A stretch of DNA of 64,000 bases from Limisphaerales bacterium (GCA_965657355.1 CBFHOE010000006.1:207217-271216); one strand, 5' to 3'; shown: positions 31,572 through 41,812, counted from the stretch's first letter. A program made the numbers and translations. Notes: generated from the sequence alone by a model not told the origin.

Positions 31572-31735
31572 CCGAGCGCGAGGAAAAAAGACAAAACAAA
31601 ACCGGGCCAAGCGGCCATGAGGGCAGCCTACGAGGCCCGGGGAATTTTCAGGTTCATGTGCAGCGTAGGATCATGCGGATTTCCCGACTAATGCCTGCAC
31701 GTACAAGAGTCGAAAGTATTTTTACCAGCTCAACA
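31572..31735. ncRNA. Structured non-coding RNA candidate (6S-like rod or cis-regulatory leader of purC)
   Basis: Complementary pairs CCGGGCC/GGCCCGG, GTGCAG/CTGCAC, CCTACG/CGTAGG, CATGA/TCATG and outer GAGC..GAC/GTC..GCTC; family not recognised. Confidence 0.35.
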
Positions 31736-31834
31736 TAATCCCACCAGTTCCGCTAAATTCGATCCATCCGGTGGGGTTGATGTATTCAAAATAGTATGAA
31801 TGGCTGATTAATCAACAAAAAATTTTATTTTTTA

Positions 31835-32755
31835 ATGTGTTCATGTCTAAATGGCGAGGTGGAATTGGAAAAAGTTGAGGTATATAAGGAAATTGAGATT
31901 CCGGAGGTGCAGCGCTTGAAGTCTGGAAAGGTGCGTGAAATTTTTGATTTAGGCGACCATTTGTTGATGGTAGCCACAGACCGGGTCTCTGCTTTCGATT
32001 ACGTCATTCCCAACGGGATACCGAGGAAAGGCGAAATACTAACGCAAATTTCTAATTTTTGGTTTAAGCATTTGGAAGAGATTGTTCCTAATCATTTGAT
32101 TGATATTTCAGACTTACCGCAATACGACCAGATTTTCGTTCAAAATGCCTCAATGCTTAATGGTCGCTCCGTCGTTGTTAAAAAATGCCAACCGCTGGCC
32201 ATTGAATGCGTGGTTCGTGGATATCTCACTGGGTCGGGGCTTTCAGATTACAAAAAAACTGGAACAATATGTAGCCTCAAGCTTCCCGAAGGACTGAAAA
32301 ATGGCTCGCGTTTGCCAGAGCCGGTCTTCACACCGGCGACCAAGGCAGAAGAGGGTCATGATGAGAATATCTCATTTCTCCAAGCAAAAGAAATAGTTGG
32401 TGATGAGATTGCAGAACGTGTTAAGGAACTCAGTCTTACATTGTATTCTACTGCTCACGACTATGCATTGAGCAAAGGTATTATCATAGCCGATACTAAA
32501 TTTGAGTTTGGAATGTTTGATGGGGAGCTTCTTTTAATTGATGAAGTCATCACGCCTGATTCTAGTCGCTTTTGGCCAGCCCAATGTTTAATGGAGGGAG
32601 TCCCGATTCAATATAGCTTTGATAAGCAAATTGTTCGGAATTATCTTTTGTCCACTGAATGGGATAAAAATAGTCCTCCTCCACCACTTCCTGAAAAACT
32701 CGTTTCGAACTTGTCCTCTATTTACCAGTTCGTCTACCAACTACTGACTTCTTAA
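31835..32755 (+). CDS. purC: Phosphoribosylaminoimidazole-succinocarboxamide synthase
   Basis: SGKVREIF, VATDRVSAFD, ECVVRGYLTGSG, FTPATKAEEGHDENI, IADTKFEFG, DEVITPDSSRFW, SFDKQ. Confidence 0.96.
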   Translation: MCSCLNGEVELEKVEVYKEIEIPEVQRLKSGKVREIFDLGDHLLMVATDRVSAFDYVIPNGIPRKGEILTQISNFWFKHLEEIVPNHLIDISDLPQYDQIFVQNASMLNGRSVVVKKCQPLAIECVVRGYLTGSGLSDYKKTGTICSLKLPEGLKNGSRLPEPVFTPATKAEEGHDENISFLQAKEIVGDEIAERVKELSLTLYSTAHDYALSKGIIIADTKFEFGMFDGELLLIDEVITPDSSRFWPAQCLMEGVPIQYSFDKQIVRNYLLSTEWDKNSPPPPLPEKLVSNLSSIYQFVYQLLTS

Positions 32756-32917
32756 AATCTCTTCAGAGCAAAAGCTGTTGGGGGATTTCAATGGGTTGGT
32801 ATTCAGCATAAAAACAGCCTCATGCCGAAATCATACACAGCCTCATGCGAGACTAAGATGCAATTGGATATCGATTACAGCAAAGGCTACGCTTTCCATT
32901 TCGCGTGGGACAAAGCT

Positions 32918-34006
32918 TTAGATTTCTGAGAGCGATTGGTCGAGTGCTTTGTAGACTTGGTCCATGGATTCGTCGGTTTCATCACCCATGTTAGAAATTC
33001 GGAAAGTTTTCCCTTTGATTTTCCCATAACCTCCATCAATCACGAACCCTTTTTCAAGCATTGCCTTTTGAAGAGAGGGGACATCAATGATTCTTCCTCC
33101 CTCATTTTGTCCATTGTTTATACAAGTAAGGCTTAATGATTCATATCCCTCTTGTGGAAATAAGGTGAAGCCATTCGTCTTTGCCCAATCTCTGGTCTTG
33201 TTGACGAGTCTGAGATGTCTTGCATAACGATTCTCGAGACCTTCCTCGAAGATTTCCTGTAATTTAGACCGAAGGCCGTAAATGTGACTAATACTTGGAG
33301 TACTCGGAGTCATATTTTTTTCGGCATTCTTTTGAAATTCACAAATGTCGAAGTAATACCCCCGATCGTTCATCGTTGACGCCTTTTCGAGTGCAGACTG
33401 AGAACATACAAAAACAGCGATACCTGGAGGGAGAGCTAATGCCTTCTGACATCCCGCCAGAAGAAGGTCGATACCTAACTTATCAAATTCAATGGGCGTC
33501 ACACTCATTGAGCTAACGGAATCAACAATAAAACTAACCTCGGGGTATTTTTGTTTCAGAGCACTGATCTCTTCAAGCGGCATCATGGTGCCCGTCGAAG
33601 TTTCATTATGAACGAGTGTCAGAGCATCAAATTCACCAGATGATAATTTTTCATCGATCATCTCAGGCAAGATTGCTTTTCCCCAGTCTACTTTGAGGGG
33701 TTCAGCTTCCTTTCCACATCGCTGACTCACATCATACCATTTATCACTAAACGCACCAGCCATACAGTTGAGGACCTTTTTGGAAACCAAATTTCTAATA
33801 GCTCCTTCCATGACGCCCCAAGCCGATGAAGTGCTTATGAAAACGAGTCTCTCTGTGAACAGCAATTTCTGGAGCATTGGTTGAGCATCGCCATACAAAG
33901 ACTGAAAGTCTTTACTGCGATGGCCAATCATTGGAGTGGTCATGGCCTGCCAAGTTTTTTCGTTCACTTCAACAGGTCCAGGTATGTATAGTTTGTTATG
34001 TGACAT
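32918..34006 (-). CDS. Class V PLP aminotransferase (alanine-glyoxylate/serine-pyruvate family)
   Basis: LYIPGP, IGHRS, VHNETSTG, IVDSVSS, GCQKALALPPG, TPSTP, FRISNMG. Confidence 0.9.
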   Translation of the reverse strand: MSHNKLYIPGPVEVNEKTWQAMTTPMIGHRSKDFQSLYGDAQPMLQKLLFTERLVFISTSSAWGVMEGAIRNLVSKKVLNCMAGAFSDKWYDVSQRCGKEAEPLKVDWGKAILPEMIDEKLSSGEFDALTLVHNETSTGTMMPLEEISALKQKYPEVSFIVDSVSSMSVTPIEFDKLGIDLLLAGCQKALALPPGIAVFVCSQSALEKASTMNDRGYYFDICEFQKNAEKNMTPSTPSISHIYGLRSKLQEIFEEGLENRYARHLRLVNKTRDWAKTNGFTLFPQEGYESLSLTCINNGQNEGGRIIDVPSLQKAMLEKGFVIDGGYGKIKGKTFRISNMGDETDESMDQVYKALDQSLSEI

Positions 34007-34111
34007 TTATTATTACAAATTGTAGATCAGGAATTTGGAATACTTCTCCCTAACCTCGAGAAACCTTTCACAAGCTATCGGGAACTTCAAGTACGTGTCT
34101 AACAAAAATTC

Positions 34112-34912
34112 ATGAAAGAGGAAGATTTTCATCCAAACAACAATCTGATGCTTGTAAAAAAGCTCCACCAAAATGGTTTTGTGAAGCTGCCTTGTTATCT
34201 CAATAGAACGCGATTGAAGGATCTTCAAGAAACCACAAAAAGGCTTTATTCACAGGAAGGAAAACAAGCAGGCGCTGAGTTTAAAACGGAGCCAGGGAGT
34301 ATTCGTCTGGCCAATCTCGTTCAGAAGTCTGAAATTTTCCGTGATCTCATCGTCGATCCGATTGTTTTGGCCTGGGTTGAAATTGTCATTGGTCGTGAAT
34401 TTAAGCTAAGCAGTCTGAATGCTAGAAAGGCCCTGCCCCATAATAAAGTTTCTCAACCTCTGCACTGCGACATGGGAGCCATTCCTGACAAAGCAGGATT
34501 TTGGGTGTGCAATTCAATATGGATGCTCGATGAATTTCGTGAAGATAATGGCCCAACTCGTGTCGTCCCTGGGTCTCATTTGATTGGTCAGTTACCGACC
34601 AAGCAAATTCTTTCCCAATATAATGCGGTCAACAATGAAGAGTCGGTTCTAGGTCCCGTCGGTTCGGTTGTCATAATGAACGCACATCTATGGCACGGGG
34701 GAGGGGAAAATAAATCTCCCTTCTCAAGAACCGCACTCCATTCTTTTTATGTCAGGCGAGATAAACCTCAGCAACAATACCAAAAAGAACTTTTAACAAG
34801 AGAGGTTCAAAATTCGCTCAGTGAGAAGCAGCGTTGGATCTTGGCTCTTGATGATTCCTTGAATGATGAGCTTGCAGGCTCGGATGCGCCTCGCAGTGGA
34901 TTCATGGAGTAA
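34112..34912 (+). CDS. Phytanoyl-CoA dioxygenase (PhyH) family Fe/2OG oxygenase
   Basis: QPLHCD, WMLDEF..NGPTRVVPGSH, HLWHGGG.N. Confidence 0.88.
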   Translation: MKEEDFHPNNNLMLVKKLHQNGFVKLPCYLNRTRLKDLQETTKRLYSQEGKQAGAEFKTEPGSIRLANLVQKSEIFRDLIVDPIVLAWVEIVIGREFKLSSLNARKALPHNKVSQPLHCDMGAIPDKAGFWVCNSIWMLDEFREDNGPTRVVPGSHLIGQLPTKQILSQYNAVNNEESVLGPVGSVVIMNAHLWHGGGENKSPFSRTALHSFYVRRDKPQQQYQKELLTREVQNSLSEKQRWILALDDSLNDELAGSDAPRSGFME

Positions 34913-34994
34913 TGAATTCTTGATCGCTCGCCCATTTGAAATTCATAAATTGATTAGACTAGGGGTTTTTGCTGAATGACGTTTTTAACCAAAT

Positions 34995-35030
34995 AAAAAA
35001 CCGGCACTCATATTCATAAGCGCCGGTTTT
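34995..35030 (-). terminator. Rho-independent terminator of the DUF1501 gene (possibly bidirectional)
   Basis: Minus strand reads CCGGCGCTTAT-GAAT-ATGAGTGCCGG-TTTTTT; lies between convergent genes. Confidence 0.8.
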
Positions 35031-35049
35031 ACGATTTAGATGGGTTAAA

Positions 35050-36504
35050 TTAAATTATGGGAGCGAATGGGTCTGCCCCTTCGACGCCAACTAGTTTTTG
35101 GTCTAATCCATTATAGAAATAGCTCAGGTTATTTGGATCGAGGCCCAATTGGTTAAGAACCGTTGCGTGAAGATTTTTCACGTGATAACGATTAGAAACT
35201 GCTCTACTGCCGAGCTCATCGGTTTCCCCAATGCTTCGGCCACCTTGGATACCACCACCAGCCATCCACATTGTAAACCCGTATGAATTATGGTCTCGGC
35301 CTGTTCCTTTTGCATATTCAGCTGTCGGCTGCCTTCCAAATTCTCCACCCCACACGATAAGTGTTTCGTCGAGCATACCTCTTTGCTTCAAGTCTTTGAT
35401 AAGGCCCGCAATAGGTTTGTCTGTGTTGCCTGCGTGATAATCATGGTTTCTTTTCAGATCACCATGCGCATCCCAATTGGAGTCATTATGAGCTCCACCA
35501 GAATAAATCTGAATGAATCGAACGCCTCTTTCAACGAGTCTTCGTGCTAGAAGACACTTCCTACCAAAATCCTCCGTTCTGGATTGATCCATTCCATACA
35601 GTTGCTTGATATGCTCTGGTTCTGAATCCACATCAATGGCTTCAGGGGCTGTGGATTGCATATTGTAGGCAAGTTCGTAGCTGGCGATTCGAGCCGCCAA
35701 ATTTGAGTTATCAAATCGAGTTTTTAGATGGCCCTCGTTCATAGATTTCAAGGTATCCAACAAGGTTCTTTGCTCGACTCGCGGCATGTTTGCGGAATTT
35801 TTCAGGTTCAGAATGGGCTCCCCTTTAGAACGAAAGACAGTCCCTTGGTATGATGCTGGCATATAGCCACTAGACCAATTCTTGGCACCAGAAATCGGAC
35901 CTCCTGTTTTGTCAAGCATGACGACATATCCCGGAAGATTTGCATTCATTGAGCCCAATCCATAATTCACCCAAGACCCTAGTGACGGTTTGCCACTTTG
36001 TAATGATCCTGAGTTCATCATTAGCATCGCCGAACCGTGGATTGGTGAATCGGCTGTCATCGATTTGATAAAGGCCATGTCATCGACACATGTCGCCAGG
36101 TGAGGAAAGAGGTCGGAGACCATTTTGCCGCTTTGCCCGTATGGCTTAAATGACCATTTTGGACCAACAACTCGGCCTTTATTTTTTTTCCCACCCCGAC
36201 CAAATGTTTTCACATCTATAGTTTTACCGTCGAGAGGGTAGAGGTTTGGTTTGTAGTCAAATGTGTCCACATGACTTGGGCCGCCATACATAAACAAGAA
36301 AATGACACTTTTGGCTTTCGCCTTGGCCATGGGGTCTTTGGGGGCAAGTGGGTTAGCTAATTCGGAGGCCATAGCGGATTTAAAAAATCCATCATTGGCT
36401 AGCATCCCTGTGAGCGCTACTGAGGCAAAACCCCCCGATATATTATGAAGAAATTCTCTGCGTGTTCTTCCGCAAAAATTTCCAGGTGTTCCTATTTTGC
36501 TCAT
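35050..36504 (-). CDS. DUF1501 domain protein (Tat signal)
   Basis: TRREFL, KSVIFLFMYGGPSHVDTFDYKP, CLLARRLVERGVRF, WDAH, WGGEFGR, GRDHN. Confidence 0.92.
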   Translation of the reverse strand: MSKIGTPGNFCGRTRREFLHNISGGFASVALTGMLANDGFFKSAMASELANPLAPKDPMAKAKAKSVIFLFMYGGPSHVDTFDYKPNLYPLDGKTIDVKTFGRGGKKNKGRVVGPKWSFKPYGQSGKMVSDLFPHLATCVDDMAFIKSMTADSPIHGSAMLMMNSGSLQSGKPSLGSWVNYGLGSMNANLPGYVVMLDKTGGPISGAKNWSSGYMPASYQGTVFRSKGEPILNLKNSANMPRVEQRTLLDTLKSMNEGHLKTRFDNSNLAARIASYELAYNMQSTAPEAIDVDSEPEHIKQLYGMDQSRTEDFGRKCLLARRLVERGVRFIQIYSGGAHNDSNWDAHGDLKRNHDYHAGNTDKPIAGLIKDLKQRGMLDETLIVWGGEFGRQPTAEYAKGTGRDHNSYGFTMWMAGGGIQGGRSIGETDELGSRAVSNRYHVKNLHATVLNQLGLDPNNLSYFYNGLDQKLVGVEGADPFAPII

Positions 36505-36560
36505 AATTTGCTTCGTCTTATTCTCTATTACTGTGGTGTTGCTTAATAAATTGATTTTAA

Positions 36561-39500
36561 TTAATCGATATAAACAAACTCATTCAAGTTAAGGATGAGG
36601 AGGCACAAACGTTGGAGAGCTTCCTTATCATCGAGTCCATTTTCCGTCTTCAATTTCTCTACAAAATTTTTGCACTCTTTGAGTTCCCATGTCTCCGGAG
36701 AACGACTCAAAGCTGTTTTTAGCGCGTAATTAATATGCTTGTCGGTCAGCCCGCCTCCAGCCTCTCGCGCAACCCTGTCAGCGAAATCACTGGCCTGGCG
36801 AGTAATAAACTCTGAGTTGAGTGATCCCAATGCTTGGGTCGGCACAGTGGTTACAAATCGAACCGGGCAAGGTGCGTCCGTATCAGCAAAATCAAAATCG
36901 ATCAATTCCGGGACCTGTAAAGATCGCTTAATTTTTATATAAATACTCCTGCGGCCAAGTTGGTTTTCATCCGAGCGGCCCCATTTTCCACCTTTTGTTG
37001 AAGAGGTGGCTAAGATGGCTTCAGGAAGAATTGGGAAAAAGCTTGGACCACCTTTTTCAAGGCTCAATTTCCCCGTGGTTGCCAAAATGGCATCGCGTAT
37101 TTCTTCGGCATCCAAACGGCGCATATTCATTCTCCAAAAGTTGTTGTTGGCTGGATCTTTTTCCAGAGAATCGGTACTTGGAGCGGAGGACATTTGGTAA
37201 GTGTTAGATGTCATAATGAGTTTATGAAGTCTTTTCAAACTCCACCCTTGAGCAACAAACTCACTGGCTAACCAGTCGAGGAGTTTTGGGTGAGTAGGTT
37301 GTTGGCCCAAAGTTCCGAAATCACTTGGGGTGGCTGTGATGCCGCGGCCAAAATGGCGTTGCCAGATGCGGTTTACGGCGACTCTGGACGTTCTTGGGTT
37401 GTCCGGAAGTGAAAGCCATTTAGCAAGTGCGCTTCTTCTGCCGCTAGACTTGGCTCTCGAGCTGACTGCCTTCAGCGCCGGGTCCTGGTAACCAAATATG
37501 GCCGGGAAGCCGGGTTCAACTTTGTCACCTGGGGAGTGAGCAGAACCCCTGACGTGCACATGCAAGTCTTTTGGGGTTCCTCCATACTCTTGGACAACCA
37601 TCGCTTTAATTCCCGAGGTAAATTTCTGGTTCTGTAATCGCTTAAGTGCTTCTTTGTTATTTTTATGATTTGCCAATTTTTTTTCTGATAAGACCTCTTT
37701 GCCTCTGAGGTCAATCAACTCAGCAATGGTGACGGCTCTGTCGACTATTTTAAGACCTGCATCGATAAACTGGCCGCCACTTGTATTTTTACAATGAACT
37801 GCTAGGGTGTTTCGCCCTGTTTGAAAAGCGCCGAGGGCATCCGGTGTGAGAAGCTTACTTTGATAGCTTGTCACGTAACCATTCAAGTCGGCAATCTTTT
37901 GTCCATTCAAATAAACCTCCGTATCCTCATCCCACATGACGCGTAATTCAACGGCTGATGGGATTTCGGTAAGCATGAATGACGTGCGTAACCAGATATC
38001 TCCGCCAGTCCATGACGTGTTATCCTTTTTTCCTCCTGGTCTTCCATTACCGAAAGGTGCAGGAGCTGACTTCCATTTCTCCTCGTGCCTGAAAGAAACC
38101 TCAAACCAATCGTTGCTTGGCTTTTTGAGAGTGTAGTGCCATTTGTGTGGTTTCTTTTCCGAAGTTGCCAGTATGACAGGATTTTCTACACGGTCTGGAT
38201 TGAGAAGCTTTGCGATCGATGGGTCTTTTTCAATAAATAATTTCTCAGCTTGTTTTTCGAAATTAGCGATTCTTTTCTTAAGCTGTTCTTGTTGCTTGGC
38301 ATTATTTTGTTTTTGTTCTTCTGCAAGAGCCTCTGCCTTTGCGTCTGGTATTGTCTCGATGACATTGTTTTTGGAATGGTTAGTAACACCGTGGAAAAAT
38401 GCCATAAACTTGTAGTAGTCTTCTTGTGGGATGGGGTCGGCTTTGTGATCGTGACACCGTGCGCATCCCAGGGTCATTCCGAGAAAACCTTCTGACGTTG
38501 TCCGCACAATATCGTCCAGAACATCATACTTGTGTTGGAGGCGGTCAGCTGGCTCGTCATCCCATTGCATGAGCCTTAAATATCCTGTAGCTATTCGAGA
38601 GTCTTTTGAAGGGTCTTTTAGTTCATCGCCGGCAATTTGCTCGGTCATGAATTGATTCCAGGGAATGTCACGATTAAATGAATCAATGACGTAGTCTCTG
38701 TATCTCCAGATAAAATCCTTGTTTGAGTCGCGTTCGAATCCATTACTTTCGGCGTATCTCACTACATCGAGCCAATGGCGCGCCCATTTTTCTCCATATT
38801 CTGGTCGAGCTAGAAGATCATCGATGAGATTTTCCCAAGCTTTGGGAGAATCATCATTTTCGAATGCCTTCACCTGGCCCGCTGTTGGGGGCAGTCCTAT
38901 GAGATTGAAATAAGCTCTTCTTATGAGTTCGCGTTTTGATGCTTTTGGATTTGGCTTGAGATCATTATTGGTCAGCTGATCAAAAATGAACGCATCGATT
39001 GGATGTTCTACCCAAGAGTTCTCTCCGAGTTTGGGAGCCTCCGGGCGTCTCAATGGCTTATTTGACCACCACTGTTTTGCTTCTTCCGAAACAACTCCCG
39101 GCTCAAAGGCCCCGTTTTTCTCTTTTTCAATGACCACCAGATCATTGATGGTGCTTTCTTCCCAAGGGAGCCCCATTGAAACCCACTTTGTTATGATAGC
39201 AATTTTTTCATCGGAGAGCTTCCCATCGGGCGGCATTTCATAATCAGTGCCCGAATAACTGATCATCTTGAGGATCCTGCTCTGTTCTGGATTTTTGCTA
39301 TCGTATGCCGGGCCGTGGTCGCCGCCGATTAGCATTCCTTTTCGGCTAATAAGCTGGAGGCCGCTTTTTATTTTGTGTTTCCCGTTGCTGCCGACCCCCC
39401 CGTGGCATTTAAAACAGTGCTCCTTAAGTATTGGTTTAACCTTATCCTGGAAAAATTTGCGTTCATCCTGGTTGAAAGAAGGGTGGCTGATCTCTGCGCT

Positions 39501-39641
39501 TGTCTCAGCTGCTTGGAGCAAACCCGAGCATAGCATAACCGAAATGAGCAAAAGGCGACTAAGACTTGTCGAAAGAAATCTTGATCTAAAATCTAGTAAA
39601 CAGATCATCATTTTTGACTTTTTTAAGATATTTGGAATCAT
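36561..39641 (-). CDS. PSD1/planctomycete cytochrome c protein (PSCyt1 + DUF1549 + DUF1553) with an inserted galactose-binding-like domain
   Basis: CFKCH and CARCH heme motifs, WARHWLDVVRYAES, VNRIWQRHFGRG, PTHPKLLDWLA, RRLDAEEIRD; start codon uncertain. Confidence 0.9.
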   Translation of the reverse strand: MIPNILKKSKMMICLLDFRSRFLSTSLSRLLLISVMLCSGLLQAAETSAEISHPSFNQDERKFFQDKVKPILKEHCFKCHGGVGSNGKHKIKSGLQLISRKGMLIGGDHGPAYDSKNPEQSRILKMISYSGTDYEMPPDGKLSDEKIAIITKWVSMGLPWEESTINDLVVIEKEKNGAFEPGVVSEEAKQWWSNKPLRRPEAPKLGENSWVEHPIDAFIFDQLTNNDLKPNPKASKRELIRRAYFNLIGLPPTAGQVKAFENDDSPKAWENLIDDLLARPEYGEKWARHWLDVVRYAESNGFERDSNKDFIWRYRDYVIDSFNRDIPWNQFMTEQIAGDELKDPSKDSRIATGYLRLMQWDDEPADRLQHKYDVLDDIVRTTSEGFLGMTLGCARCHDHKADPIPQEDYYKFMAFFHGVTNHSKNNVIETIPDAKAEALAEEQKQNNAKQQEQLKKRIANFEKQAEKLFIEKDPSIAKLLNPDRVENPVILATSEKKPHKWHYTLKKPSNDWFEVSFRHEEKWKSAPAPFGNGRPGGKKDNTSWTGGDIWLRTSFMLTEIPSAVELRVMWDEDTEVYLNGQKIADLNGYVTSYQSKLLTPDALGAFQTGRNTLAVHCKNTSGGQFIDAGLKIVDRAVTIAELIDLRGKEVLSEKKLANHKNNKEALKRLQNQKFTSGIKAMVVQEYGGTPKDLHVHVRGSAHSPGDKVEPGFPAIFGYQDPALKAVSSRAKSSGRRSALAKWLSLPDNPRTSRVAVNRIWQRHFGRGITATPSDFGTLGQQPTHPKLLDWLASEFVAQGWSLKRLHKLIMTSNTYQMSSAPSTDSLEKDPANNNFWRMNMRRLDAEEIRDAILATTGKLSLEKGGPSFFPILPEAILATSSTKGGKWGRSDENQLGRRSIYIKIKRSLQVPELIDFDFADTDAPCPVRFVTTVPTQALGSLNSEFITRQASDFADRVAREAGGGLTDKHINYALKTALSRSPETWELKECKNFVEKLKTENGLDDKEALQRLCLLILNLNEFVYID

Positions 39642-39671
39642 CTATTTTAATATTTCTTTGATTCTAAAGCA

Positions 39672-40562
39672 ATGGCTGACTTCGCCAAAAACATAACAGA
39701 TAAGTGCATAATCCCAAAGACCTGCAGAGAAAGATTTCTCCCACTCAGGCCATCTTCCCAGCCTGGAAATCCTCTTTCTCATGCCGGGGTCTTCTTCTCT
39801 GGCATTAGTGATTTAGCTGGCGGATACCGTATTTCCAGAAAGTCTACCGAATTCCATTTGGTTATTATCGGAATAGGCGGTCGTGGTGTTTTCGAAACAG
39901 AAAATCTCAACGGAAGTATTGAACCAGGTGACATCTTTATATGCCCTTCAGGCTTTCCACATCGATACAGTGCGGACGGCCCCTGGAAAATTCTATTTTT
40001 TCACATCCATGCAAAAGATCATGCATTTGAAGGTTCTTTCCAAAATGTTCAGCTCGGTATTTCTAATTCCTCTGCGCAATTGGAGAATTCGATGATATGG
40101 CTCATAAATGAGAATCAAAGGAATGGTATCCATTCCAAAGATCTTTATCATCATCATGCCAAGATTACTTTCTTGTGCTTGGATCGAGAGCTGAAAAATG
40201 CTGCTTCGCCAGAACTCGCTCGAACCCATAACAAACTTGATGGGCTCTGGCAGGAGGTTAGTGAAAGTTTAGCTGTCCACTGGAGCCTGAGGTCTTTGGC
40301 TGAAAGAATGCATATATCCACGGCCCAGTTGCGTCGGGTAGTCCAGGCTCACCACCAAATGGCACCTATGGAAATGGTTCAGGCTTTAAGGATTCAAAAG
40401 GCCCAACAGCTTCTGAAAACGACCGATGACTCATTGGAAAGTATAGCCGAACGCGTCGGTTACCTCTCTCCCTTTTCGTTTTCTCGAGCTTTTAAAAAAT
40501 CAACGGGTGTAAGCCCCAGAGGCTACAGGACAAAAACGAAGGAAAATCCCTATTTTATTTAA
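39672..40562 (+). CDS. AraC-family transcriptional regulator
   Basis: N-terminal cupin; C-terminal WSLRSLAERMHIS..IAERVGYLSPFSFSRAFKKSTGVSP. Confidence 0.9.
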   Translation: MADFAKNITDKCIIPKTCRERFLPLRPSSQPGNPLSHAGVFFSGISDLAGGYRISRKSTEFHLVIIGIGGRGVFETENLNGSIEPGDIFICPSGFPHRYSADGPWKILFFHIHAKDHAFEGSFQNVQLGISNSSAQLENSMIWLINENQRNGIHSKDLYHHHAKITFLCLDRELKNAASPELARTHNKLDGLWQEVSESLAVHWSLRSLAERMHISTAQLRRVVQAHHQMAPMEMVQALRIQKAQQLLKTTDDSLESIAERVGYLSPFSFSRAFKKSTGVSPRGYRTKTKENPYFI

Positions 40563-40584
40563 AATCGATAAATTCTAAATAGGA

Positions 40585-41064
40585 TTACGGAGTCACAGGT
40601 AAGCGCGTCGGATTGTCAGGTGAGGCAAATAGGATACCATTCTCTTTATAGGGCCGCAGGATAAAATGTGTGGCAGTCGACACGACACCTTCAAGGGTTG
40701 AAAGTTTTTCTGCAACGAAAGAAGCTACTTCTTGTAATGAAGAACCTTCCAAGATCACGAGTAAGTCATAGGCACCCGACATCAGATAACAGGCCTGGAC
40801 TTGGTCAAAGCGTGCAATTCTTGAGGCGTATCTATCAAACCCTCCCTGCCTTTCAGGGGTTAACTTAACTTCAATCGCTGCGGTGACTATATCGCCCTGG
40901 GTATGATTAGGATGTATTAAAGTATGGGAGCCAAGGATAACTCCTTCGTCTCGGTATTTGTTTAATTTTTCCTCAACTTCATTCACCGAGAGATCCAACC
41001 TCTTGGCAAGGTCATCAGGTGATAAAGAAGCGTCATTTTTTAGCAATCTCAGTAAATCGTCCAT
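40585..41064 (-). CDS. Lrp/AsnC-family transcriptional regulator
   Basis: HTH N-terminus, CYLMSGAYDL, VVSTATHF. Confidence 0.9.
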   Translation of the reverse strand: MDDLLRLLKNDASLSPDDLAKRLDLSVNEVEEKLNKYRDEGVILGSHTLIHPNHTQGDIVTAAIEVKLTPERQGGFDRYASRIARFDQVQACYLMSGAYDLLVILEGSSLQEVASFVAEKLSTLEGVVSTATHFILRPYKENGILFASPDNPTRLPVTP

Positions 41065-41107
41065 AGTTCAAATAAAGGATAAATGAATATTTCATGTATA
41101 CCAGCGA

Positions 41108-41812
41108 CTAATCGCAGAAGTCTTGGATGGAATTATAGATATTTTCTGCAGCTTCAGCCGGGTTGGGAGCTGCATAAATGGGTCTGCCAATAACGAGGTA
41201 ATCTGCTCCAAGTCGTAGCGCCTCTTCTGGGCTCATAATTCTTTTTTGATCATCGGACGAAGCAGAGGGCGGTCGGATTCCGGGGGTGACTAACTTGACA
41301 TCATTCGGGATATTTTTTCTAAGCGTCTCAATTTCAAGGGGGGAGCAGACCAGACCTTTAAGCCCCGAATCGACCGCAAGCTTTGCCAAAAGTAAAACCT
41401 GTTTATCTATATCCAAGCTCAAACCTGTTTCACTTAACTGAGCTTGGTTAAAACTCGTGAGAACAGTGACCCCTAGCACTAGCGGTGGGCTACCAATGGC
41501 TGACTCTTGTGATGACTTAAGTGCATTTTCCATCATTTGGCGTCCGCCAGAGACGTGTATTGTGAGCATCTGGACATCCAATGCAGCAGCAGCAGCTATG
41601 GCTTTTGAAACGGTATTGGGAATGTCGTAGAATTTGAGGTCCAGAAAAACTTGAGCTCCCGTGGCACGGACACTTTTGACTATTTCAGGACCACATTTAG
41701 TGAACAATTCACTACCAATTTTGTAGGTTCCGACCCTATTCCCGACGGTTTCGATAAGTTTTTTAGCTTCGGACTCTGATGGAACGTCAACGGCAAGGAT
41801 AATAGGATTCAT
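41108..41812 (-). CDS. pyrF: Orotidine 5'-phosphate decarboxylase
   Basis: ILAVD, KIG, FLDLKFYDIPNTV, GVTVLTS, VCS, VTPGIRP, DDQKR, VIGRPI. Confidence 0.96.
   Translation of the reverse strand: MNPIILAVDVPSESEAKKLIETVGNRVGTYKIGSELFTKCGPEIVKSVRATGAQVFLDLKFYDIPNTVSKAIAAAAALDVQMLTIHVSGGRQMMENALKSSQESAIGSPPLVLGVTVLTSFNQAQLSETGLSLDIDKQVLLLAKLAVDSGLKGLVCSPLEIETLRKNIPNDVKLVTPGIRPPSASSDDQKRIMSPEEALRLGADYLVIGRPIYAAPNPAEAAENIYNSIQDFCD

Noticed and set aside
31442..31738. 98-aa ORF overlapping the end of crcB
   Set aside because: No recognisable motif, overlaps crcB, and the region is better explained as structured RNA
31572..31780. TPP, ZTP or PRPP riboswitch, SRP RNA, or hammerhead ribozyme
   Set aside because: Only fragments match (GAACCTGA..CGTAGG antisense; GTCGAAA); required cores such as CTGAGA, GACTGGCG, GGAAGCAG and CTGANGA are absent
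32814..32848. Direct repeat ACAGCCTCATGC x2 as a mini-CRISPR
   Set aside because: Only two 12-bp copies with an 11-bp spacer and no cas genes
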